A stretch of 64,000 nucleotides of DNA from Planctomycetota bacterium. Its GTDB lineage: Bacteria; Planctomycetota; UBA1135; GCA-002686595. The stretch is from NCBI GenBank assembly GCA_016714045.1, contig JADJNY010000006.1, positions 287,121 through 351,120 on the forward strand. The letters are read 5' to 3'. Both the position numbers and the translations under genes were made by a program. Each line of letters starts with the position of its first letter. The first letter of the stretch is position 1. Shown here in pieces: positions 42,646 through 52,700 of the stretch. The notes beneath the pieces are model-generated. The model had not been told where the DNA came from. It did not search any database and saw only the letters and a list, made by a program, of their open reading frames with translations.

Positions 42646-44202
42646 TCAGCGGGAGCGGACCTCGAGGCTGCGCAGCACGACGGAATCGGCGGCGCGTCCC
42701 AGGCGGAACCGCAGGGCGCCGACGAGGTCCGGTTCATCCACGTCGACGAAGATCACGTGCCGACCCGCCGGGATCGTCGCCGTCGCGACCTGCCCGCGGC
42801 GGTAGCGCGGAACGCGCTTCGTCAGGTAGAGCAGGTCGAGCACGTCCGCGTGCTTCGACTCCACGTCGAGGCGCGCGATCACGCCGCTCCCCGCGCGGAA
42901 CACGAGGGCGTCGAGTTCGAGCGTGCCCCCACGGCCCTCGCCCGCGCTGGTGGCGAAGCCGTCGTCGACGCGCTCGATCGTCGCGCCATCCACGGGGACG
43001 AGCGCGAGGCCCGCTTCGGCCGCGTCGACGCGGCCGAGGACGATCGAGCACGCATCGAACTCGATCGCGAGCGGATCGTGCCCCGGCACCACGATCGGCG
43101 CGGGCCGGTCGAGCAGGAGCTGGCGCTCCGCGCGGAGCTCCAGCACGACGTCCGGACGTTCGGACACGACCAACGCGGGGTCGAACGCGCCCCAGCAGAA
43201 GTAGGCCTCGGAGAAGTCGCGCGCGAAGAGCTTGCGCATGCGGTCCCCGAACGAGTCGTGGAACAAGAGCAACCGCGGACGCGACGGATCGGGGCCGCGC
43301 ACGACGACGTGCGTCGCTCCCCCCTTGGGCCGGCCGAGCTCGCACTCGTACCCCGACTCGATCTCGCGCAGCACGCGCGCGCGCTGGCGCATCCGGCCCT
43401 CCATGCGCAGGTTTCGCGCCCACGTGTCGCCTTCGAGCGGATCGTCCATCCAGTGCAGGTCGGCGAGCGGCGTCGGCGCGAGACCGGTGAAGCGCGCGGA
43501 GAGGCGCGCGTGGACGAGCTCGTACGCGCGGTAGAGCGCGCGATCGGTCCAGTGCGTGCCGAGCGGGTAGTACGCGAAGTCGTCATCGTGGTCGCGCGCG
43601 CGCTCGTCGAGCATGCAGCCGCGCAGGTCGAGCAAGCGCAGGTCGGAGCGCGCGTCGAGATGCGCGAGGAGCTGGTCGTACGCGGTCGGGGGCCGGAGCT
43701 CGAGGTGCGACGGGAGGAAGTCGGGATAGACGGTCGGCTTCTCGGGCGCGAACGCGGCGACGTATTCGGCGCCGTGCGACGCGCAGAACGCGCGGCGCGA
43801 TTCGAGGGTCTGCTGCCAGAGCTCGAGGCGCTTCTCCGCGAGCTTCGACGTCCCGCGCGCGGCGTCGAGGATGCCCATCAGCGTCGGGAAGACCCAGTTC
43901 GAGCGACCGAGGACGGCGTTCGGGGTCGGCGAGCGGTGGAAGGTCTCGATGTAGAGGATCGAGCGCTGCCGCAGGAGGACGTCGCGCAGGCCGAGGCGGT
44001 CGTTGAAGTAGGCGTCGAGGAGCGGCGGGGTCTCGCGGAGGGTCGCGAGGGTGATAGGGAACGGCGGGAGCGGCGCGGGCGTGCGGAGCTCGCGCTCGAC
44101 GTCGGTGGTGACGGCGGTGGGACGGAGGAGGATGGAGAGGGTCGGGGTGACGAGCGCCGCGCTGAAGAGGAGGATCAGGGCGGTGTCGAGGGAGCGGCGC
44201 AC
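42646..44202 (-). CDS. AlgJ/AlgX-like O-acetyltransferase family protein, tandem paralog
   Basis: Collinear with 40976..42556 (AFAPEKPTVYPDFLP, FAYYPLGTHWTDRALY). GTG at 44202 (VRRSLDTALILLFSAALVTP) matches the paralog's N-terminus. The ORF extension to 44298 overlaps repeat copy R4, so it is probably non-coding. Confidence 0.65.
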   Translation of the reverse strand: MRRSLDTALILLFSAALVTPTLSILLRPTAVTTDVERELRTPAPLPPFPITLATLRETPPLLDAYFNDRLGLRDVLLRQRSILYIETFHRSPTPNAVLGRSNWVFPTLMGILDAARGTSKLAEKRLELWQQTLESRRAFCASHGAEYVAAFAPEKPTVYPDFLPSHLELRPPTAYDQLLAHLDARSDLRLLDLRGCMLDERARDHDDDFAYYPLGTHWTDRALYRAYELVHARLSARFTGLAPTPLADLHWMDDPLEGDTWARNLRMEGRMRQRARVLREIESGYECELGRPKGGATHVVVRGPDPSRPRLLLFHDSFGDRMRKLFARDFSEAYFCWGAFDPALVVSERPDVVLELRAERQLLLDRPAPIVVPGHDPLAIEFDACSIVLGRVDAAEAGLALVPVDGATIERVDDGFATSAGEGRGGTLELDALVFRAGSGVIARLDVESKHADVLDLLYLTKRVPRYRRGQVATATIPAGRHVIFVDVDEPDLVGALRFRLGRAADSVVLRSLEVRSR

Positions 44203-44254
44203 GGGGGAGGGATACGGTACTGCGGGGAGGTGGGGAGGGGGGAGTGGGAGTGCG

Positions 44255-44373
44255 AGGCAGATGGAGAGCGCGAGGGTGGAGGGACGGGCACGGAACACAT
44301 GAGGGTGCTTCGCATCCCTGACTCCGCGTTGCCCTCGGGCCGAGGACGGCCCGAGGGCAACGCGGAGTTCGAC
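44255..44373 (-). repeat. interspersed intergenic repeat, copy R4 (truncated: hairpin plus distal block only)
   Basis: A perfect 21-bp stem at 44322-44367: CTCCGCGTTGCCCTCGGGCCG-AGGA-CGGCCCGAGGGCAACGCGGAG. It is preceded by GTGCTTCGCATCCCTGA and followed by GTTCGAC. The subunits adjacent to a stop codon in the other copies are absent here. Confidence 0.7.
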
Positions 44374-44498
44374 TTGGAGGAAGGGAGGTGAAGGCCCGAG
44401 GGAGGTCGATGCGCGGGGGAGATTGAAGTGAGGAAACGGAGGCGTGGTTGGGTCGGCTGGGCGTGGGTCTTGGGGCGTGCGTGGTGTAGCGTGCGCGG

Positions 44499-45563
44499 GT
44501 GCGCAGCGTTCGGTTCGAGGGACTCGCGTCGGGGCTCACGAGGGGTGAGGTGTGGCGGCGGCGCGTGCGGCGGGAGTGGAGCTTCTTCCGCGCGGTCGTT
44601 GCGCATCGCGGGCTCAGCTTCGCGGCGTTGTTCGGGTTGCTGCTGATCGGCGGGTGGAGCTTTCAGGTGCTCGAGCCCGAGCTGGGGCATTCGCTTCCGC
44701 GCGCGATGTTCATGACGTGGAGCCTGATGTTCGGGGAGGCGCCCGAGGCCTTTCCCCGCTCGATCGTGCTCCAGGCGATGTTCTTCCTCGTGCCCTTGCT
44801 GGGCGTGACGATCTTCCTGGAGGCGATCGTCGAGATCAGCTCGATGCTGCGCGATCGGACCAAGGGCGAAGAGGAGTGGTGCAAGATCATGGCGGGATCG
44901 ATGCGAGGACACGTGGTGCTCGTCGGCCTGGGCCGGCTCGGCTGGCGCATCTACACGATCCTCACGCGCCTCGGCCACGAGGTCGTCGTGATCGAGCGGA
45001 GCGCGGACGCTCCCTTCCTCGAGGACGTGCGCCGCGACGGCTCGCCGATCTTCATCGGTGACGCGCGCCGCGAGCAGTGGCTCGTCGACGCGAACGTGAA
45101 AGAAGCGCGCAGCATCGTGATCGCCTCCGACGACGACCTCGCGAACCTCGAGATCGCGCTCGACGCGCGCCGGTTGAACCCGAAAGTCCACGTCGTGATG
45201 CGGATGTTCGATCCGAACATGGCCGAGAAGGTGCGCGAGGGATTCCAGATCCACACCGCGCTCTCGGCGTCGTCGATCGCCGCGCCCGCGTTCGCGACCG
45301 CGTCGATCGACCGCTCGATCGAGAGCTGCCTCGTCATCGACGACGAGATCATCGTGAGCCAGCGCTGGACCGTCGACGCGGACAGCGAACTCGACGGCCG
45401 CACCGTGGGCGAGCTCGCCGCGCAGCGCGCGATCGGCGTGCTCGAGCGGCGGACGAAGAGCGGCGAACGCCGGTTCTTCCCCGGGCCCGATACGAAGCTC
45501 GCGCCCGGCGACGAGCTCGTCGTGCAGGGCACGCTCACGACGCTCGTCGGCCGTCGGAACTGA
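44499..45563 (+). CDS. membrane protein with RCK (TrkA-N/TrkA-C) domains, K+ channel-like
   Basis: Two or three TM segments, then the Rossmann motif GHVVLVGLGRLGWRI..EVVVIE, then a TrkA-C-like region (GRTVGELA..PGDELVVQG). I saw no canonical TVGYG filter. The GTG 44499 start is uncertain. Confidence 0.65.
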   Translation: MRSVRFEGLASGLTRGEVWRRRVRREWSFFRAVVAHRGLSFAALFGLLLIGGWSFQVLEPELGHSLPRAMFMTWSLMFGEAPEAFPRSIVLQAMFFLVPLLGVTIFLEAIVEISSMLRDRTKGEEEWCKIMAGSMRGHVVLVGLGRLGWRIYTILTRLGHEVVVIERSADAPFLEDVRRDGSPIFIGDARREQWLVDANVKEARSIVIASDDDLANLEIALDARRLNPKVHVVMRMFDPNMAEKVREGFQIHTALSASSIAAPAFATASIDRSIESCLVIDDEIIVSQRWTVDADSELDGRTVGELAAQRAIGVLERRTKSGERRFFPGPDTKLAPGDELVVQGTLTTLVGRRN

Positions 45564-45722
45564 CCCGCGTCGGCCCGCGCGCGAGGGAACGATTTTCCGT
45601 CACCGGGCCCTGGATCGAACGGAGACGCATCGCGCGCCGACCGAACCGGCCGCGTGATCGCTTGTTCTCGACTCGCGGGTCGACAGCTCCGCGTCGAGCA
45701 GCGAGAATGCGAGCCTTCCACC

Positions 45723-47408
45723 ATGCCGTTCCTCGCACTGATCCTCACTTGGTTCACGGGCCTCGCCGTCGGCACGCCCCAAGCTCCGGCCACGGGCGGG
45801 AGCTCCCCGCGCGCGCACGCCGCGCTCGCGTACACGACGGCCGCGCTCTCCGCTCCCATCGCGTCGCACGCGAGCGCGACCTCCGCGCTTCCGGCGCCCG
45901 CCGCGCCGCCCACGAGCCCGCTCGCGCTCCCAAGCGCCGCCGAGCTCCCTGCGACGCCGACGCGCGCGACTCCGAACGTGCTCGTGATCCTGCTCGACGA
46001 CGTCGGGTGCGAGCGTCTGCGCCCCTTCGGGCAGGGCGCGCCCTACGCTCGCACGCCCGTGCTCCAGTCGCTCGCCGCGCGCGGCGTCACGTTCACGAAC
46101 TGCTACTCGAACCCGTTGTGCGGCCCGACGCGCGCGCTGCTGCAGACCGGGCGCTACGCGTTCCGCACGGGCTTCGGGCCGAACATCTTCCCGAACTATC
46201 AGTTCGGGCTGAACCACCTGGAGACGTGCCTGCCCGAGCTCCTGCGCGACGGCTTCGCTCCCGGACCGTCGCCGTACGTGAGCGGGGCGTTCGGCAAGTG
46301 GCACATCTCCATGTACGTCGACACGACGCACCCGAACGACTGCGGCTTCGGCCACTTCGCCGGCTGCATGACGAACGTGTCCGACCAGAGCGAGCTGTTC
46401 GGGACCTTCTACCACAACTACCACTGGCGAAAGGTCGTCGACGGCGTCGAGTCGATCGTCGGAACGCCCGACGGTCCGTACAGCGAGCGACAGTGGGCCG
46501 GATCGGTCCAAGCGCGCGACGCGGCCGAGTGGATGCTGGCGCAGACGCAGCCGTTCTTCGCCCAGCTCGCGTTCAATCCCCCCCATGCGCCCTATCAAGT
46601 CCCGCCGTTCAGCCTGATCTCACCCGCGTCGCGCAACGCGATCGAGGCGCTCGGCGTCGAGCAAATCGGCGTCCCCTACGGCGAGGGTGACTTCGCCTGG
46701 ATCACGGACCTGACGCACCCGACGCGCCCGATCACGGAGGAACAGCTGCGGCGCAAGAAGCTGCTCTTCTACGACGCGATGCTCGAGGCGACGGACCTCA
46801 ACATCGGCGACGTGCTCGCGCGCATCGAGCCGAAGCTCGCGGACACGATGATCTTCCTGCTCAGCGACAACGGCCCCGAGTCGAGCGTCGTCGACCCCGC
46901 GCGCTACGACCCCAACCGCGCGAAGCGCACGTGCTACCAGCTCGGCGTGCACGTCCCCCTGATCGTCGTGGGACCGATGGTCTCCACGCCGGGGCGCCGC
47001 GTCGACCACCCCGTCGGCGTCGTCGATCTGTGGCGCACGATCCGCGACGTCACGGGCGCGCGCGAAGTGCCGGGCATGATCCCGAGCGACGTCGTGATCG
47101 ACAGCCGGAGCTTCCTCCCCTACCTGGCCGATCCGAACGCGCCGCTCGGCCGACGCTACGCGTTCTCCGAGGTGTTCAACCCGATCGGGAACCCGGCCAA
47201 CATGAGCCTGGGCGCGCGCCAGCGGATGATCACGGACGGTCGGTGGAAGCTCGTGCGCACGGGGCTCGACGACATCGAGGAGCTCTACGACCTCGCGACG
47301 GATCCGCGCGAGATCCAGAACCTGCTCCCCTCGTCGAACACGACGATCAAGGCGCACCGCGACGAGCTCGCGCTGGAGCTCGACTCGTTGATCTACAGCG
47401 ACGGCTGA
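45723..47408 (+). CDS. formylglycine-dependent sulfatase (arylsulfatase family)
   Basis: ATG at 45723 gives a signal peptide. Motifs PNVLVILLDDVG and CGPTRALLQTGRY (C-x-P-x-R), GKWH, and DNGPE. Confidence 0.85.
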   Translation: MPFLALILTWFTGLAVGTPQAPATGGSSPRAHAALAYTTAALSAPIASHASATSALPAPAAPPTSPLALPSAAELPATPTRATPNVLVILLDDVGCERLRPFGQGAPYARTPVLQSLAARGVTFTNCYSNPLCGPTRALLQTGRYAFRTGFGPNIFPNYQFGLNHLETCLPELLRDGFAPGPSPYVSGAFGKWHISMYVDTTHPNDCGFGHFAGCMTNVSDQSELFGTFYHNYHWRKVVDGVESIVGTPDGPYSERQWAGSVQARDAAEWMLAQTQPFFAQLAFNPPHAPYQVPPFSLISPASRNAIEALGVEQIGVPYGEGDFAWITDLTHPTRPITEEQLRRKKLLFYDAMLEATDLNIGDVLARIEPKLADTMIFLLSDNGPESSVVDPARYDPNRAKRTCYQLGVHVPLIVVGPMVSTPGRRVDHPVGVVDLWRTIRDVTGAREVPGMIPSDVVIDSRSFLPYLADPNAPLGRRYAFSEVFNPIGNPANMSLGARQRMITDGRWKLVRTGLDDIEELYDLATDPREIQNLLPSSNTTIKAHRDELALELDSLIYSDG

Positions 47409-47484
47409 GGCGCTGCGTCGAACCCATCCGAGCGGGGCGCCGACGCGGTGGTGAGTCCGAGGACGCGCAGCGGGTCCCTGGACC

Positions 47485-48573
47485 TCAGCTCGGCGCGTTG
47501 CTGCCCGGCTCGCTCGCGCTCTCACGCGCGAGCAGCTCGCCGAGCGCGCCGGGTTCGGCGCCCAGGACGACGAACCGCGCCGCCGCCGCGCGCGCGAGGG
47601 CCTCGACCGCCGCGCGCAGCGCCTCGTCCGCGCTCGCGTCGAGCACGACGAGCGACGGCTGGAAGCGCTCGAGCTCCGCGCGCGCGCCGGCCTCGTCCCC
47701 CGCCGACGCGACCGCGTAGCCGAGCTGCGCCGCCTGCGAACGCGCGCGCGACTGCGCTTCCGGGTCGCGGTCGACGAAGAGCACGCGCGGCTTCGCCCGC
47801 GCCGCTTCCTGCAGCGCGCGGTGGCGCGCGCGCTTCGTCGTGATCTCGAGCCCGAGCGCCTTGGGCGTCAACGTGCTGCCGAGCGCGCGCGCCATCAGGT
47901 GCCACGCGCGCGCGTCGCGGTCCTCGAGCGGCGCGCGGCCGAAGACGCGCTCGATCGAGTCCTCGATGTCGCGCCGCGCCGACTCCGTCAGGGCGACCTT
48001 CTCGCCGAACGCGAGCTTCAGGTTCGCGACGAGGAACGCGCGCGCCTCGTTCGTGACGGGCTTCACGCCGCGCTCGCGCGGCACGTACGGCCGCTCGGCG
48101 AACAGGTCCGCGAGCACGACGCCGACCGCGACCGCGAGGTTGAGCGACGTGTGCTCGCCGCTCGTCGGCACGAAGACGAGCTCCGCGCAGCGCGCGACCT
48201 CGTCGGAGCGCAGCCCGCCGACCTCGGCGCCGAAGACGAGCGCGACGCGCTCGTCGGGGTCCGCCGCGCGCGTGCCGAGCTCGTCGCGCTTCTCCCGCCA
48301 CGCGTGGCGCGGACGGCCCTCCTGCGGACGCGCGGTGAAGCCGACGGCGAACGTGCAGTCAGCGAGCGCCTCCTCCATCGTCGCGACGACGCGGCAGCGC
48401 GCGCGCGCGTCGGGGACGCCGTGCGACATCTGCTCGAACTCGGGGTGCACGAGCAGCGACGGGAGCTCCGGGGCCACGAGCACGAGCTCGCACGGGCCGA
48501 AGTTGACCGTCTCGCGCACGATCATCCCGACGTTGCGCGGACCGCCGGGCCGGACGAGGACGACGCGCCTCAC
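47485..48573 (-). CDS. SpoU/TrmJ-like RNA 2'-O-methyltransferase fused to a degenerate receiver-like domain
   Basis: GTG at 48573 overlaps the upstream stop (GTGA). SPOUT motifs are VVLVRPGGPRNVGMIVRETVNFG, ALVFGAEVGGL and SLNLAVAVGVVLADLF. The C-terminal ~110 aa (PRVLFVDRDPE..PSLVVLDASAD..RFVVLGAEP) resemble a CheY-like receiver, but I see no conserved Thr/Ser or Lys. Confidence 0.7.
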   Translation of the reverse strand: MRRVVLVRPGGPRNVGMIVRETVNFGPCELVLVAPELPSLLVHPEFEQMSHGVPDARARCRVVATMEEALADCTFAVGFTARPQEGRPRHAWREKRDELGTRAADPDERVALVFGAEVGGLRSDEVARCAELVFVPTSGEHTSLNLAVAVGVVLADLFAERPYVPRERGVKPVTNEARAFLVANLKLAFGEKVALTESARRDIEDSIERVFGRAPLEDRDARAWHLMARALGSTLTPKALGLEITTKRARHRALQEAARAKPRVLFVDRDPEAQSRARSQAAQLGYAVASAGDEAGARAELERFQPSLVVLDASADEALRAAVEALARAAAARFVVLGAEPGALGELLARESASEPGSNAPS

Positions 48574-49691
48574 GAGCGTGAACCGGGTCCGCTTCGAGCG
48601 TCGTTCGGCGTGGAGCGCGCGGGCGGCGCGTCGGACGAGCGCGGGAGCGGCGTGGGCTCCATCGAGCCCGCGCCGCGCGGCACGGAGCTCGTCCGCTCGC
48701 TCGCGACCTCCGCGCGCACGCGCTCGAGCTGCTCGGGGTCCGGATTGCCGCCCGAGACGATCGCGACGACGCGCAGCGGGTTCGCGCGCGTGCGGCCAGC
48801 GAGGAGCTCGCGCGGGACGAGGCCCTCGAACACCGCGGAGCTGCTCGCGGCGCCCGCGGGCTCGACGGTTTCGCCGAACGCGACGAGGCGCTTCTGCGCG
48901 GCGAGGACGGCCGTGTCCTCGACGAGCAGGATCCCATCGAGCGTCGTCTTGCACACGTCGATGTTGAGCTGGCCGGAGTACGGCGGCGTCAGGCCCTGGA
49001 TGCAGCTCGTGATCTCGAGCGTGACGGGCTTCCCTTCGGCGATCCCGCGCGAGAGAGTCGCGGCGCCCTTCGGCTCGACGCCGAACACCTTCACGCGCAG
49101 GCCGAGGCGATGGCGCAGCGCGAGCGAGACGCCGCTGACGAGCCCGCCGCCCCCGACGGGCACGTAGACGAGCTCGACCGACGGCCACTCGTCGGCGATC
49201 TCGAGGCCGACGGTGCCCGCGCCGAGGAGCGTGCGCTCGGCGTCGTACGGATGGACGAGCGTCGCGCCGTCCTTCACGCGCTTGTCGCACTCGCGCTCGG
49301 CGGCCATGCGCGACTCGCACAGCACGACCTCGGCGCCGAACTCGCGGCACGCGGCGATCTTGTTCGCGTACGCGTTCTTCGGCATCACGATCGTCGCGCG
49401 CACGCCGGACTTCTGCGCGGCCCACGCGAGCGCCTTCCCGTGGTTGCCCGAGCTCGTGCAGACGACGCCGCCGCGGCGCTCGGTCGGCGTGAGCTGCGCC
49501 ACCTGGTTCCACGCGCCGCGCGCCTTGAACGCGCCAATCACCTGGCGATTCTCTAGCTTGAGCCGCAGGTCGACGCGCTCGTCACCGCAGTCGAACGGGA
49601 CGAGCGGCGTCTTCTCGACGACGCCCGCGATGCGCTGCGCCGCGGCGTCGATGCGCTCGGGTTGGAAACGGGACCAAGGGGCGGTGGGCAT
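48570..49691 (-). CDS. PLP-dependent threonine/serine dehydratase-family enzyme
   Basis: ATG at 49691. Motifs LKLENRQVIGAFKARGA (PLP lysine), SSGNHGKALAWAA and PVGGGGLVSG. The C-terminal tail is Pro/Ser-rich. Confidence 0.8.
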   Translation of the reverse strand: MPTAPWSRFQPERIDAAAQRIAGVVEKTPLVPFDCGDERVDLRLKLENRQVIGAFKARGAWNQVAQLTPTERRGGVVCTSSGNHGKALAWAAQKSGVRATIVMPKNAYANKIAACREFGAEVVLCESRMAAERECDKRVKDGATLVHPYDAERTLLGAGTVGLEIADEWPSVELVYVPVGGGGLVSGVSLALRHRLGLRVKVFGVEPKGAATLSRGIAEGKPVTLEITSCIQGLTPPYSGQLNIDVCKTTLDGILLVEDTAVLAAQKRLVAFGETVEPAGAASSSAVFEGLVPRELLAGRTRANPLRVVAIVSGGNPDPEQLERVRAEVASERTSSVPRGAGSMEPTPLPRSSDAPPARSTPNDARSGPGSRS

Positions 49692-49745
49692 GCGGGCGCA
49701 GAGTCTACCGGCGCGCGCAGCCCCTACCAACGCGCGCGCCGCGCG

Positions 49746-52700
49746 TCACTTCCGCAACGCCGCTGCCTTCGCGCGATACGTAGCCGCCCGCTCCTCGTCG
49801 CCGCGCGCTTCGTACAGGAGGACGAGGTGGTCGAGCAGGAAGAGCTTGTTCACCGCCCAGAACTTCGGGTCCTCGCCGATCGCGGCCCAGCCCGCGAGCA
49901 GGAGCGGCTCCGCCTCGTCGACGCGGCCCTGCCCGAGGAGCGCCGCGCCGACCTGCGCGCCCGTGTACGCGATCACCGGATGCCCGGGGCGCAGCTTCTG
50001 CTCGTAGAGCGCGACGGCTTCGCGCAAGAGCGTCTCGGCCGCCGTCCAGTCCTTCACGTCGAGCAGCACGCTCGCGAGCTCGTCCCGCGCCGCGAGCGTG
50101 TTGCCGTTCGCGATCCCGAACTTGGCGATGCGGATGCGCACCACCTCCTCGGCGAGCGGGCGCGCGCCCGCCGCGTCGCCGCGCAGTCGCTTGACGCGCG
50201 CGAGGTCGAACATCACGTCCGCGACGTCCGGATGATCGGTCGCGAGCTCGGCGCGCCAGTTCTCGAGCGCTTCGGTGTAGAGCGTCTCCGCGGTCGCGAG
50301 GTCCCCTTCGTCGCGCGCGAGGGAGCCGAGCCGCCGGATGCTGTCGCCGATCGCCGCCGTGGCGTCGGGCAAGACCTTCCGGCGCATCGCGAGCGCTTCT
50401 TCGAACGCGGCGCGCGCCTCGGTCCGCCGTCCGGTGCCGGCCAGGACCGCACCCAGCGTCGTCAGCGCCGTCGCCGTGTCGCGATGGTCTCCGAGGGCCC
50501 GGCGGCGAAGCTGGAGCGCGCGCCGCGCGTCGACCTCGGCCTCCGCGGCGAGCCCGAGCTGGCTCTTCGTCGACGCGATGTCGTGCACGAGGTCCGCGAC
50601 GTGCGGACTGTCCGGCTCGCACACGGCCTCGCGGATGCGCAACGCCTCCTCGAGGTCCGCGAGCGAGGCCTTCAGGTCGCGCATCGTGCTCCGGATGCTG
50701 GCGCGCCGGCGCAGGGCCGACGCAGCCTCGAACCGCGCTAGCGTGTCGCCGCTTTCGAGCTGCACGAGCGCGCGCTCGACCTCCGCGAGGCTCGCGTCCA
50801 ACTCGCCGTTCTGCTCGAGGTAGAACGCGAGCTTCAGCCCCATCCTCGCGTGGTCGAGGCTGTCCTCGGGCGCGAGCTCGCGGGCGATTTCGATCGCTTG
50901 GCGCGAAAGCTCGATCGCCTCGCCCGTCGCGCCCTGGTTGTAGCGCACCGCGGCGAGGTGCCCGAGCGCGCGCGCCTCCGCCTCGGAGCGCGAGAGCCCG
51001 GCGCGCTCGATCATCGCGCGCAGGGACGCGATGCGCGTCCCCGCCTCGTCGAACTTGCCGCGGGCGACCAACAGGTCCGCGAAGTCGAGCTCGAACCGGA
51101 TGACGCGCTGCGGATCGTCGCCTGGGAGCTTGGGGAGCAGATCGAGCGCGACGCGGTACTGCCGCTCGGACTCGTCGTACTTCCCGACGCCCTGGTACGT
51201 GTCGCCGAGCGTCGTGCGCAGCGCGAACTCCGTGCGCGGATCGGCGGCGAACTCGCCCTCGTCGAGCCGCCGGGTCGCGACGTCGACGACGGAGCTGACC
51301 GGCACGTCCCGCGTCGCGTAGGCGAGCGGGTTCGCGCTGCGGAGCATGCCGGAGAGAAACCGCCCGACGGCCTCCGCGCGCCGCGCCGCCGACGCGGCGT
51401 CCTGTTCGCGCGTCTCGGCGAGCGCCTGCTGTTCGCGCGCGATGTTCTTCTGCCGCGTCGCTTCGGCGGCCTCGACGGAGGCGAGCGCCGCGTTTTCGTC
51501 CGCGATGCCCTTCTGCCACAGGCTCCCGCCGAGCCCGGCGACGAGGAACACGATCGCCGTGACACCCGCGGCGGAGAGCGGCTTGTTGCGCGCGACCCAC
51601 TTCTTCAGCTCGACGACGGCGCCGGTCTGGTACGCGCGCACGACGCGGCCTTCGAGGAACGCGCGCAGGTCCTCGGCGAGGTCGAGCGTGTCCGAGTAGC
51701 GCGCGGACGCCTCGCGCGCCATTGCCTTCTCGCAGATGGCCTCGAGCTCGGCCGGCAGCTCGGAGGCCAACTCGCGGATCGGCTGCGGCGGGCCCGCGAG
51801 CACGGCCGAGAGCACTTCGCGGCCCGTCTGCCGCACGCCGGGCTTCGAGTACGGCGCGTCCCCGGCGAGCAGGTGATAGAGCATCGCGCCGATCGCGTAG
51901 ACGTCGGAGCGCTGCGAGATCTCCTCGATCTTGCCGCGCGCCTGTTCGATCGGCATGTACGCGGGCGTACCGAGCACGTCGCCTTCCATCGTGACGAGCG
52001 AGGACTCCGAGCCGTCGTCGCGCGCTTCGTGCCGCGCCGTGCGCACGGCGTTCGCGCTTCGTGCGGCGCCCGCATCGACCTCCTGGCGCAGCCGCAGGTC
52101 GTGCGCATCGGGCCGCCCGAGGACGCGCGCGAGCCCCCAATCCATGACGTAGACCTCGCCGAAGCTGCCGACCATCACGTTCGCGGGCTTCAGGTCGCGG
52201 TGCACGACGCCCTTCGAGTGCGCGTACGCCATCGCCTCGCACACGCGCAGCAGGACGCCGAGCGCGCGCGTGCGCGTCCAGCCCTCCGCGCCGGTGCGCA
52301 CGAGGTGCAGGATGTGGCCGAGGTCGCGCCCGTGGACGAGGCGCATCGTGAAGTAGACCTGGCCCTCGTTGTCGAGGCCGAGCTCGTGCACCGGCACGAT
52401 GCAGGGGTGGTCGAGCTGCCCCGTGATCTGCGCCTCTTCGAGGAAGCGCGCGACGACGCGCCCGTCGACGGGCGGCGTCGCGTGGCTCGCGCGCTGGCCA
52501 TCGCTGCCAAGCACGACCTTCATCGCCAGCTCGCGCCCGAAGTCCTCGTCCCAGACCTTCAGGATGGCTCCCATCCCGCCGCGCGCGATCTCGCCGCGCA
52601 ATCGGTACCGCGCGCCTTTCGGACCTTGCGCCACGATGCGCCGGAAGAGCTCGCTCGACGCCGCGGAGCTCGAGTCGAGGAGCGAGCTCGCCGACGCGAG

